Origin: Trichosphaerium sp. ATCC 40318
Taxonomy: Eukaryota; Protista; Tubulinea
NCBI GenBank assembly: GCA_038496445.1
Contig: JALMLS010000571.1
Location: forward strand, 1 to 64,000
DNA: 64,000 nucleotides
Direction of reading: 5' to 3'
Part shown: one piece after another, positions 1-12,477 of the stretch
Numbering within the stretch: the stretch's first letter is position 1
Layout: each line of letters begins with the position of its first letter
The notes under the pieces: generated by a model
Databases searched by the model: none
Told to the model about the DNA's origin: nothing
The model's input: the letters and a program-made list of their open reading frames with translations, nothing else
Program-made: the position numbers and the translations under genes

Positions 1-30
1 AAAGACTTGAAGTATTTTATTATCCAAACC

Positions 31-1073
31 ATGGCTGAACAACATAATAAACCACACGCAACGATTGTGTATGCTACAAATGGAGACCAGATGCAGTTAA
101 CGGCAACAGAAACAAGCGTACGTTCAATCTCAGTGATAACAGTCTAAAAGCTAGTTAGAACGGTATTATAGAGGTCCTAGTTGAAAATACTAAAGAAGCG
201 AGACAATACACTGAAACAGTTGAGGTATACACTCTAGCAACATTGAATAAGCGCCCACGGCGTACAATCATTAATTAACGGTCAATAATAGTTACCAAAG
301 TTCCTTAAATCTAGCGTTATTCTTTCATCTCTCAGCAATGGAAAGCTCATTGGAACCTTTAAAAATGATGTGCGGTGCTATTGGAGAAAATACCCCACGT
401 GATTATTAATCGCACTTTTGTAGAAATTGATTGTTTCTGGTGAAAACTTCCCAATGGATATCACGTTATCAGAGGTAACTCTGGATGACCAAGAAAGAAA
501 GATAATTGTTTTACAACGTCAGATTAAAGAATTACAATGTGCAAAGCGTCCCATGATAGGTAATAAATCAGCGCCTGACTTTTTTTTTATATTTTGGTAT
601 TTTGACATTAATTAACATCGCCTTCTCTCAAGATATCACCACTGCACAATCAAATGTTTTCATACTCAGAACTGGAACAGATTATAATAACTCTATATAC
701 ACCCAAACAGATGCCAATGTTTACCAAACAGTGTCTCTTATTGAGTACATCTTTTTTGAAATTCTTGATTTTACTAACAAATTAACCAAAGGCCTGCATA
801 TGTTAGACGTATTTCCATGCGTCTATACGATGGAGATAAACGTACATACACTATCACTATACAAACATCCATTGATTCAGAAAAATGGACAGATATTGTG
901 TGCGTTTCATAACGCTTTTTTTTCTATTCTCGTTCTCAAAATATTCTAGTACAAACAAACAAGTCTCGTCTGTGCAATTATTCCCAATAAACAGCAAAAT
1001 TAAACATATACGTATGAAGGGTACAAGCACTGCAAATGCTTTTTTAAACTTGACTTGGTTCCGCATTGACTGA
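31..1073 (+). CDS. Multi-exon protein with coiled coil and C-terminal discoidin (F5/8 type C, BTBD9-like) domain
   Basis: Exon peptides LYDGDKRTYTITIQTSIDSEKWTDIV and SSVQLFPINSKIKHIRMKGTSTANAFLNLTWF resemble the F5/8C strands of BTBD9. Coiled coil DDQERKIIVLQRQIKELQ. GT-AG introns. Confidence 0.5.
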
Positions 1074-2384
1074 GACATTGACACGAGGTCAAAGTTCATT
1101 TGATAGGCCTGTAAAATACAAAAAAAATATTGTTCAAAATGATTTCTCACTGTTTACTTTAAGTATTGGGAATTAAAAAATTATGAGTGTAAAAAAATGT
1201 GTCGTTGGTTTCTGATCTCATTACAGTTTACTTTTACGTGTAATCCAGCTTTCGGGCTACTGGCATTTTTGACACAAAGTGCGTTCTTTTCGTAATGTGT
1301 CAAAGGTGTAAAGTCTATTGATGGCCCTTTATCGCGTGTTTAATATCTACTGAGGCGTTTAATCGATTTTGACAGGATGCGACATTGAAATCACTTCTTG
1401 AAACATAGAACGCCTTAAACGATGGCACTAGAAACGGAAACACACTCACAGACAAAAATAATACCTTGGCGGCATAAATTTTGTACCAAAGAACATTTGG
1501 TACAAATAACAACCAACAACAACCTGACGCAGTGAACTCGCTAGCGCGCCACTTTTGTAGCTTAAAGAAATGTAGAGACTTTTATTAAAATCGCCAATCA
1601 GCACTGTCACATCACTGAGAATTTACTCAAAAACACACTCTGAGTATGCACAAATGTGTGAGCGTAGAAGCACGTAGGGGTGGGAGTCACAAGGGACAGG
1701 TACGACCGATATTTTTTATCCAAAACGCTGGCTCTGGCTCTACGACGCAAAAGGTTTGCTGGAGGTGACGATACAACATACGTGTTGTTCCGCGTGTACC
1801 GAAATCGCTGCTCTAGCGTTGTAGAAGCTAAAAAAACGCATTTTATAAAGTACCGCCAATGTAACCGACACTCTACTTTTAGCTATCAATGCCGCCAAGG
1901 TGTAGACGAAGTAGCGCCTTGCTTGTTAGCGGCGGTACCGGTTCTGTTTAGGATGCCTCATTATCCAGTATCGCTATCGAATCTAACCAAAACGCGTAAT
2001 ACTGTTGCTGTGTGCTTTCATACGTGCGCCATACGTATTTTGATCTCTTTTTGCGCTCCACGACCACTTAGTGGAGATTACGAAGATTTTCGCACTTTTT
2101 TTTCGGTACACAAAACAGACGCGAGATTGTAAAGTTTTTGTTATAATTATGATAGCTACAAACTGTTTTCGCTTTAATGCGAACGACAACTTCGTCCTAG
2201 ACGAAGAGTAGGCCACGAGCTGCTCTGCGTGCTAGCGGTTTCGCGTTTTTTGTGTTTGAGTAGAATTACTGTAAGCGCTTCTATCGGCTTCCATTCAGCC
2301 AGTTTTGATTTGTTTTGTGAGAAAGCGTCGCCAAACCGAAAGGGGTTATGAATACCTTCGGTACTGTTTTTAGTAGCCCAAGAC

Positions 2385-4301
2385 TTAGATCACATCGTCG
2401 CATTGGTCGAACTCTAAAAGCAAGTTCTTTGGGCCATATAGAACGTCATCCATGATATCGTCCTCCTAGTTAAAAAGTGAGTTTAGGTAAAACAAAAAAA
2501 AAAAAAAAACCGATTTGTACCTCGCCTTGTTCCACATGGGCATTATCAAACGATTTACGTCTGATTTTAGGCCTTCTGAAACCCATTTCTTCCCAGTTAC
2601 CTGTAGGGAAAACAGGCGCTGAATCTGGTGGATGTGTACAGTAACGTTCGCGGTTGGTTTGTGGGGTCAATATTGGCGCCCTTCTACCCACAGATGTGTT
2701 TGCGTACTAATAATCTGTAAGATGGAAAATTCTTTACGTTTACCAAAAAAATGAAAAAAAAAAAAACTAAAAGTGTGCTTACTTTTTTAACCATTGGTTG
2801 CTCTAATAATTGTTGTGCCGTTGGGCGTTCTGAAGGGTTTGGATGGAGCATTGCTCTAAACTCTAGAGTTAGACTTTGAGACAAAACGTTCAAAAGGCGT
2901 ACTTGATAAGGAAGGATAACTCTGGCGAAACGCGTTCAGGGTCATCTAGTTGCGGAGGATACATACCTGCACGCAAGTCTTGCCAAGGGCACTCCGTTAA
3001 ATTGAGGTTGCAAGCCATTTCGAGCATCATGATGCCCAAACTGAAAATATCTGAAGCACCACCAACGAGAATGCCGTCAACCTGGCATTAAAGTAAGAAT
3101 TGCGGAGAAAACAATGAACGACAAAAAAGTAGCAAAAATAAAATTAAAATCGTACTCGTAAAAGCTCAGGGGCGAGATAGTATTTATCTCCCTCCAAATC
3201 GCGCTCCCATTCACTCTTTGATATGGTCAAGCCAAAATCGGCAATTTTGAGGACTTCGTTGTTGCCAATCAAAACGTTGGCTGGTTTTATGTCCATGTGT
3301 AGTAAGCTCTTGGAGTGAATATGTGCGACACCAAGGGCCATATCTGCGAGAAATCGCCAAAGCTAAAAAAAGTCGTTAATAAGTGTCCAACACAGTTTCA
3401 AAAGCAAAAAAAAGCCAAAAAAAGCGTTGCCGGCAAAAAGCAAAATAGAAAACTAGAATTCCTAAAATGCAGCGTAGATACGAACCTTTTCTTCTGGAAT
3501 CTTATCCAAAACGGACTTCATGTAGTTGTCCATACTCATATGACATAGTTCGGTCAAAATATAGATATTCTGGACAAGTAGTCAGACATCAGACGGTTTG
3601 AAAAAAAAAAAAAAAAGTTTGATTTTGTACTACAGAGCTCTTGTAGCTACTATTTTACCAATGCAAACTGTACAAAATAAAGATATTCTGACGGGTTTCG
3701 TTTTTTCGAACGTTTTCTTACCTCCCAGTCGTTGGTGAAATATTCAAAATATCGAAGACAATTAGGATGTGGACCAATCATACGTCCTGTATGGAACTCT
3801 TTTTTGGCTTGTTCGCTAGAAAAAATTGGTTATTTCTCCCAGAAGCCTATTTTTTAAATTATATTTAACTCGTACATATCAGATCGTCTTGGAAATCTAC
3901 GTTTGAGGCCTTTTAGGGCATATTCTTGTCCGCTTTTTTTTTCCCGTACACGGTAAACCTGCGAGAAGGCGCCCTCGCCTATCCTTTGCACGAATTCAAA
4001 TCTGTCTCGCAGTGTTTGAGTTAATGGCCTTGCTCCCGCTACAAGGGCTGTTAGGTAAAAGTTTTCGTCGTGAATAAACCGTACGTGTATTGTAGTGGGC
4101 TACAGGAGATTTTGCGGGAGCTTCAGGGCACGGTTTGAACGGTTGGCGATTCTCTTTGTCGATCTTCTTTTCCGAGAAGACTCTAGTGTCTGCGAAGGCG
4201 GAGCTGTCTGGCCGTACAAGTGGCGTTTTGGGTAGTGATGAAGGCGAGCTAAAGTAATCGTTTGGTTTTCTACTGGCAAGGGGAGTGCTCATTTTGATCA
4301 T
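2385..4301 (-). CDS. Wee1/Myt1-family CDK-inhibitory kinase (Myt1-like), multi-exon
   Basis: IGEGAFSQVY, HMDIKPANVL, KIADFGL and EGDKYYLAPELL (Wee/Myt EGD motif). The C-terminal GPKNLLLEF resembles the Myt1 cyclin-binding RNL motif. S/TP-rich N-terminus. Confidence 0.9.
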
Positions 4302-4659
4302 TAGAACTGCTGAAGCACTGTGTGTATGCTCTTTGTATGATTTAGAAGAATTCTATTGTACAAAGTGAGGTTGGCGTTTGAAGATGGCGCGAAAATTTGT
4401 GAAAAAAAGACGTTCATTTCCGATTCGTTTTTGGAAAATTGCCAATTTTCTGCTTAGTGGAAACGGCATCGTCTGTTAGATAAATAGAACGTACGTATTG
4501 ATATTTGAGGTTTTTCGGTACAAGTTTTTGAACTTTTAAATCCCACGTGAGTCGTTGCAAGTACTGATTTTAAACTTTATTTTATTCGTTAACGAAACTT
4601 AACGTAGACTATATTAAGTCGTTTATATCCGGTGCTGACAGCTCTAGCACGCCGCAGCC

Positions 4660-5319
4660 ATGTTAAGAATATCTCGCGCCGCATGGCAACCTACTGGAGT
4701 TCGTATGACTGCTCAGGGTACATAATTGAGGCAATTATGCAACAATTCATAATTTAATGTTATTTTAGTGTCTGCGCCTTCACAATTTGTGCGTACGAAG
4801 GTATCTAGGAGTAAGCTCTTCAAAGGAAAACGATTGAAAACTTCGCAAATGAGACACCCATCTGCCGTATCTCTTCTATTTAAAGGTTCTCCAATGCGTC
4901 GTGGAGTAGTAACCAAAACTTTGAACGTAACACCACGTAAACCGAACTCAGCTAAGCGAAAAGTAAGCATTAAGAAGCCTGCACTACGTTAAACTTGTTC
5001 AGGTCGCTAGAGTAAAATTATTCCACTCTGGAGAAGAAATATACGCAACAATACCAGGACAAGACCACAATTTACATGAGCACGCTCAAGTCCTTGTAAG
5101 AGGATCATCTCCAAACGATTTACCAGGTACAGCAAAAAAAGCAATCAAAATAATTTTATTCCTCTTGTAATCCTTCAATCCGTCATTATAACAATACTAC
5201 AAGGTATCAACTGTTCTTTGGTGAAAGGAAAATACGATTTCTCTCCATACGAGCGCATTAAGCGTAGTAAACGTAGATCCAAGTTTGGTATCAAGAAACC
5301 GCGAGAGGGTGATGCATAA
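4660..5319 (+). CDS. MRPS12: Nucleus-encoded mitochondrial ribosomal protein S12 (uS12m), 4 exons, with presequence
   Basis: [48 protein letters not shown] and RSKFGIKKP. Arg-rich N-terminal extension MLRISRAAW. Confidence 0.9.
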
Positions 5320-6051
5320 TTTAAAAATCTCATGAAAGTATAACTGAGAAAGGGTTATTCTATTCGCGCCAACTCGCTTCGTAATTCTGTATGTACACAG
5401 CTGTAAGTATAAACGAAAACAAAAAGTATTCAAAAAAAGGTATTCGATTTTAATTGGTTCAAGCTTCAAAACCTCATTTTGGCGTTAAAATTCATTGGTG
5501 AAAGTACTGCTACGCATGGGTGTTCTAGTAGGCACAGTTTAGCCACTGTTTTATGGTTTGCAAAAAATAATGTTTTCACAAGTCGTCTTTGTTAATGTGA
5601 TAAAACTAAGCACCATGTACTATTACGTAACCAAACAAGTGTATTCGCAAGGTGGAATTCACACAACAATTCTCAATTCTAACCGTTATGCTGTATATTA
5701 TTGCTCTTCAAAAGAGACTATGCTTAGAAGGCAAGCTAACTGGGCCAAAGAAACCTTCCTCGTACCAAGTCAGGCGTCGCAGTGAGCACCGCTCGCTCCG
5801 CCAGATTTTGCATCGTTCATTGTAGGCTACTTGAGTGATGAAACTGATTAGCGTAGCTAATAAATCCGTTTGGAAGAAACGGTACAGGCCGTTTAGTTTT
5901 TGCACTTTTTGATAGTCTTGAATCTATGAACGGAGCTTACCAAAGCCTGATCAATGGATCTAGTTAACTGCGACAGGTTTCAAGCTTGTTACAAATTCAG
6001 TCATGATAGTACAGGTGACGTATTGACAGGTAATCAGTTTTAATATAGATT

Positions 6052-6411
6052 TCAAGTATTTTTATTAAATCCAACAGCTTTACAGAATTCATCAATCTTA
6101 TTCTCGACATGTAAATCTATAAGCCTATGTACTACTGCAGTGTATCTAGGTCCTCTGCCTCCGTTGTCTTCTAGCCTCTTCAGCTCTTCTACTTCAAATT
6201 TAAACTTCTCTAGTGATCCAAAAGCGACTACTATTTCGACCTTTCTATCAAACTCTTTTTGCGTTATTGGTGTCTCTAGCTTAACTGCTTGTAGTAGTTG
6301 TTTAAACTGAGAAGCTCTCCTTTGTGTTGCAGTCGTTTCACCACGTTGATCTTGGGGTTCGATAACGAGGTGTCGTAGCATGTCGTACTTTCTTCCTTTA
6401 AATGCTTCCAT
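6052..6411 (-). CDS. Intronless hypothetical protein (119 aa)
   Basis: Clean ATG-to-stop ORF with protein-like composition; no recognised motif. Confidence 0.5.
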   Translation of the reverse strand: MEAFKGRKYDMLRHLVIEPQDQRGETTATQRRASQFKQLLQAVKLETPITQKEFDRKVEIVVAFGSLEKFKFEVEELKRLEDNGGRGPRYTAVVHRLIDLHVENKIDEFCKAVGFNKNT

Positions 6412-6676
6412 TTGCGTGTGTTGTGCGTGATAATGAAAACTGTATTTTCAATCAAGGTGATATCACTTAAATACCTTAAGTGTTGGGGCTATTTTTTTTG
6501 TATTGCACCGACGCGCTTGTATGCTTATACGCTATTGTTACGTGTAAGGCGTAATCTACGATACTTTTCAATCAGAAACAGCTGTTTGAACATTAGCGAC
6601 TTTTTACCCTAAATTTATTTGGTTCGTTGAAAAACACTTCAGAGTGCTTTGTTAGTTACAAAAATATCGACACATT

Positions 6677-9600
6677 ATGGCGACCGCTATTACAGCCACA
6701 GCCCCGAGATCTGTTGAACGTCAGCTTTATTATTTGCTACAACAAGGCCGAAAGGACTATTATGGGAAGATTAGAGAAGATGCAATGCGTATGATACGTG
6801 TCGTTGTAATCTTCGGTGAAGATCAGGTTCTTGTGCCTGTACCAAGGGCCGAAAGCCTTGAATACCTCTATAAAGAAATAGAAAAGCGTTTGTTGGCTCA
6901 CTACAACAAAACAGTTACTATCAAGCGCGTAACGTACACAGAAGACGGAATCGCCGTTAAGCCCGATAAACGCGATCCAAGCGTAGGCAGGGTGATAAAA
7001 TCAGGTAAGCTAGGCGGTTCAAAAACAAAAAAAACTAACGCAAACACAAAGGTGTGACAGTGTGGGCTTATGAAACAGAGGCGTCAAGCAACCCAGAGTT
7101 GGGTACAAAAATTTAATCACAGCCGCTGTTTAACAGAAAAAGCAACAGTCTTGTTTCTGGCTGCTCGTCTAATAACATTCTAGATATCGCCGTTGAAGAG
7201 CTTGAACGAGAGTTTCCAGAGCCAGACTCGTTTACAGTCACCAGACTGGTTGTTCGCGATCCCATCACAAAAGAGGTCATAGAGAACAAGGTGGTACTCA
7301 AGATTATCGCAGAGGATCTTAAACGCGCTCTCCGATCAATCCTAAGCAAGTCTGCTTTGTACAGCAAGAAACCTGTCGACGTACGCCCAGAAGCACTCTG
7401 AACGCTTGTAAATCATAAACTAACTTGCTGAAACAGATCTCAGCGCGGGAATTGATGAAGTACTTGCCTGTTATTAAGACAAAGAACAGGTCAAGAAAGA
7501 CGCACATGCAGCTCAAGTTAGATCGTCTCAAGCAGAGAAAAATCTACGAAATGACAAAACATGAAAAACCTAAGCAAAGTACAGGAAAAATAAGGTCTAT
7601 GGATGAGGTTAGTTTACTTGTCTAATATTGCTCGCTGGTACATAGATTTTATTCTTATCGTTTTCTATTTAGGTCTGGGCACCTCTATGTGAGTTTTTGA
7701 CCAAAGAATTTGCTGCAGTCACGAAGAAGATTGAGGCCATGCTTAAAGATGTAAGCATCTTTTATTTTTTTTTCTTCCGAAATAAGATTTTATTGCTTTC
7801 AAGGAATTTGCCCCCTCTGTGATTGTATGTTTGTTCTAATGGTTTTTTTCAGAAAAAGATTACATATGATTCCCTGTGGTATGTTTTTAATCCAAAACAA
7901 ATGATAAAAGGTGCGATAATCAGAGAAAATAGTTTTTGTTTTTTGAGAAAAACTCAATATCTGCTTTTGAACCCAAATGCATGTGATGGACTAATCTTTA
8001 CTTCTTAGTTCGCGTTGGTCTTGCTTGGGTTGGTATGAAAGTTAAAAAAGCGGATTATGTTAGATCTAGTTGGTCTCCTCGCTTCGACGTTGTTGGTACC
8101 TGCATTAAGGTAACCAACAATTTTTTTTACAAAATTTATTTTTACAGCCTCTATTAACTCTTTTTTGAAGACCAATGGTGCTCAGTTTTACACCACTGAT
8201 CAAACGTATACATTACCACCATTTAAAGGTGTCATGAAGCTTGAGGGTACGCCGGAATTAATAATTTTTGAAAAACAAGAAATTTTGGTATTTACCTCTG
8301 CTTTAGAGCTACCGTTTATGCCTCTTGATGATGACACAAAGAAAGAGCTAACTGAACGTGGAAAATTATTCAGAGATCTTGGATTTGGAGCACACTACAG
8401 AAAGTAAGACAACAAAGAGTTGAACCATCAAACTCTCTTTTTTTTTGGGTTCAAAAATCAAATATTCCTCGGCTTAATACAATTGTACAGGTATACTGGT
8501 TCCATCTCTAAGAAGCAATGGTGGGCTACTAACCTTATACGTGCGGATGGACGTGTTATGGTCGATTGTTATACATTTCTACGCGTGAGTACCCATGTTA
8601 TTTGTTTTTACATTTTTTGGTTTTTATTCATTCTTTAGATGAACCCAAACTACTCTGTATTTAGTAGAAGACCTACTTCTATTGTTCATAACCTAACAGA
8701 TGAAAATCTATGGATGACATGGCCTACAATTGGTGGTTTTTCATTCAGCGCTAAAACATGGGGAGAAATCTCAGTTACTGACTTGGGACCTGTAGATTGG
8801 GATACAACAGCCTTTGAAAGGTTTGTCACAAACTTTAAATATTTTTTTTGCTTTTCCTCAACACTTCGTGCTACCATTTCCTTTAGATTGGTATTCCCAG
8901 ATAAGAACAAGAGTTTGATTGAGAGTCTTGTCAAAAATCAAAGAAGAACGGACTTACCTGTTGATTTCATCCAAGGAAAAGGAGCTGGCTGTATTTTCTT
9001 GTTGCATGGTAGCCCTGGTACTGGTAAAACTTTGACTGCAGAAGGTATGTCGGAGCAGGAAGTAGCATTGAAGGCTTTTTTTTGACTTTTTTTTTGTTTT
9101 TAGCAATTGCAGAGTTGTTGAAGCGTCCTCTTTACAGTGTATCTGTTGGTGAGCTTGGAACAGATACTGCTAACCTAGAGACAAAGTTGAAGGAAATTTT
9201 GGATTTAGCAGAATCATGGGATGCTGTTATCCTCATTGATGAGGTACTTGCGCTCTCATTGACTTACTATTCTTTGAGGTGGCGTTAATAACAACTGTAT
9301 TAGGCGGATATCTTCTTGGAGGCACGTCAAGACAATGATGTAACACGTAATGCTATGTACGGGGTTTTGTTGTTATGAGAGAAAGAGATTGTTTACAGTT
9401 TGTTACTTTTAGGGTTGGTGTGTTTTTAAGGCTTCTTGAATATCATGATGGTGTTTTGTTCCTTACTACTAATCGTGTAAAGTGCTTTGATAGTGCGTTC
9501 CACTCACGTATTTCAATCGCTTTGAAGTATCACGATTTCGGCGATGATACAAGGAAGAAAGTACGTAAATGATGATCACCACACTTAGTTTTTTTTTACT

Positions 9601-9878
9601 TATTTCTATTTTTTTTTTGTAGGTTTGGGATAACTTGCTCAAGTCTGCAGGCATCACTACTTTAGACTCTAACGCTTTATTGAAATATGACCTTAATGGA
9701 CGTCAAATAAGATCTACTATACGTCTTTCGCAATCAATAGCAAAGACTGAAGGCGTGCCTATATCAGAAGAGCATATTGAGCGAACTGTATGTCCACCCG
9801 TTCAAAACTTCAAAATCAGGTTGTAACTTTTGGTTTTAGGTTGGTATCACCGTAGCATTCAAGAATGCCTTCAAATAG
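6677..9878 (+). CDS. AAA+ ATPase of the 'GKG-x-G-x-IFLLHG' family (fungal-type), multi-exon
   Basis: Walker A GSPGTGKT, Walker B VILIDEAD, RNAMVGVFLRLLEY, LFLTTNRV, FDSAFHSRI, NGRQIR. Confidence 0.9.
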
Positions 9879-10385
9879 AGGAGTATGCAACATCTACGAG
9901 CTTGTAACAAGCATCAATAAAACACAAAGCAAGAAAGAGTCCTGCACTTGTTTTCTTAACTATGAACTAGACAACTGTCCTTTGTTATTGGAAGTTCATT
10001 GCACAATGAGTGTAAATTCTTCCCTAAATTGTACCTATTGAGTGCTGTACTTTTGCGCCTGTGTTTACAAATATGGAAACCCATCCATCGCTGAGGCGGG
10101 TTCCACCTTTTGATGTTACAATGTAAAATATGAAAAATAAAACGCTGAGGCAACCATAATTTTGAAGTTAAACACCCGTCTCACTCAACCAGTAACACGC
10201 AACGAGGTAATTTTTTTTTTTCTATCGAAAACGCAGTGTTAACTTGGGCTTTGCGCAGAAAGAACAATATGATACTCTTCGAGACATTACTTTTTTTGGC
10301 TTCTTGAAGCTTTGAGACTTTGTTGAACACACGTGGAATTCATTCTCCATATAAAAAGGGCTAGCGCACCTGCTGAATGTCTAAC

Positions 10386-11960
10386 ATGACTGTATTAAGC
10401 GGCATGGCGCCTGTTACGGAGTTGGAAGGAGAACAGTTTGTTTTTGAACTTATAACTTATACAGGCTCGTAAGTACCTATTTATAAGCGAAAAAACGTGC
10501 CACCTTTCTTTTGATGGAAGTTTACGAAGCTATTTTCCGAAATCACGTTTTCACTTCATTAGGACGTTATCCGCAATTGGAGCACTATCTATAATGTTTT
10601 CATATGGTTTTAAGCAAAGTAGAAGTGCCGCTAGAGAAGGCCTAGTAATGATAAGGTAAAACATTGCTAGAACGATTACACTGCATGCTTGATAGCTTAT
10701 ACCTTTGTTACAGCCTTGCCGATTTTATATTTGTAACTTCTTTCTTATGGTCATTACCTTTTAACCACAGAGTACGCGACCAAAATGGTTTTAAAGAAAA
10801 ACACGTGGATTACTTTAAAAAAATTACGAATTCACGTTTTTTTTCACCCAAAACAGGATCCTGATAAGAAGGCTATTTGTATTTCTCAAGCGTTAATTTC
10901 TGGTACAGCTGGCACTGCATCTTGTATTTTGACAGGTACCTTAACGAAGTTTATTTGTGTTTGATTTTTAATTTCTTTTGTGGTTTTTAGCGTTTGTTTC
11001 AATGTACGTGTTTGCTTCTATAAAGTGGCCAGGTCAAAAATGGGCAATTAAATACTTGAGATTGGGTTACATTGTCGCTTGGGTATGTCCTTTCTTTGGT
11101 TCAAGATTGATGAATGCTTACTATTATTAGTTGGTTCCTGCTGTTGCAATGGGTTTAAGCTATTGGCAAGACGTTTTAGGACCTCTTACAGACAAAATAC
11201 CTTGGTGCGAACTCAAAATGTCATTTCTTGCTGCGTGTCATTAAATCACAGTGGCCTCACAGTTTTTTTTTTCTTTGACATCTTGATCATGTTTTCTTTG
11301 ATTACACCATCGCATACTACACTTGTAGTTTTGTTTTTTTTAATGCTTACTCATTGGTAAGGTGTTGGATATCTACTGAAACTATAGAAGGGAAGCCAGT
11401 ACAGAACTGGCTTGCTTTTCGATTGGCATCACTTTATATACCTTTGTGGTTGAGTTGGATAATTACACTATCTTTTTATATTGCAACAATGTTCCTTATA
11501 CCTAAGCGATTGAAGGATGGAGACTCTGCTTCTATTCGTGTTTTACAACGTAAAATGCTATTCATTCCTGTAGTATTTATACTTGTTCGTTTACCTGGAA
11601 GTGTACATCGCATACTCGAGTTTGTACTTACATCAAGCACGTGACAAACATGTTTTCAACACTTTTGCACCTGAGTTTAATTATATTTTAGAGGAGGTTG
11701 CAAACAATTTTTGGATTGTATTGTTTCAGGTACCTGAAATCACGTGATAAACTTGAGTTTCTTCTTTTGTACCTGATTTTGTTTTTAAGGTTATTTTCGA
11801 TCCACTTCAAGGTTTTGCCAATGCAGTACTTTATGTTGGATTAACACCAAGTGTTCGCGTCCAGTATTATCATACTTTCAAAAGACTATGTTCGTTCAAA
11901 TGCGTTTGGTGGCGAAGCAGGTCAACTGCATATTTTGGCGATGAATTTATAAACTCATGA
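10386..11960 (+). CDS. 7-TM GPCR, cAMP-receptor-like (Dicty_CAR/Git3 class), multi-exon
   Basis: Successive hydrophobic helices: YSLADFIF, CISQALI, WC-WIST, LYIPLWLSWII, KMLFIPVVFILVRLPGSVHR, PLQGFANAVLY. Confidence 0.8.
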
Positions 11961-12477
11961 GTCTTGATGATACTAGTGGGTTGTAAAATAAGGAAACTAG
12001 TTGTTTATACGAAAGAAAAGAGGATCTGCAGTTCCAGCACTTAGAAAACCAAATAAAATCAAGACGCAGTCACCTCTTATTACCTCTCCTTTTCTTGCCG
12101 GTAAATTATTTTGTCCCTTCCGCTAAAGCGAAGTGCTAGCCGTCCTCCTCTTCTGGTAATGTACATTGAGTTATCACTAAGGATATAGCATATGACTTGG
12201 TATTAATCATCGGACTGACAAGCGACTAGAGTGGTACTAAAGTAGAATCTGTTTCAAAGAATCATTCTGTATTTATTACCACAGAAAATCATTCCTAGTT
12301 TTCTTGTATGTTTGTAAAAATATATGCCACCACGAATAATGTTACCCCTTGACCCCAGCAAAGCTTTGAGAAAAAGCGATGAAAGGATTCACAGGAAATC
12401 AGAGAAATGGTGTCGCGAACAGTGACTTAACCCCTTCAAGTACAGATTGAAAAAAAACCATAAAGCGAAACCAGAAA

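Noticed and set aside
1680-2132. 150-aa ORF on the + strand
   Set aside because: GTG start, atypical Arg/Cys-rich composition, no motifs; likely a chance ORF in a GC-richer stretch.
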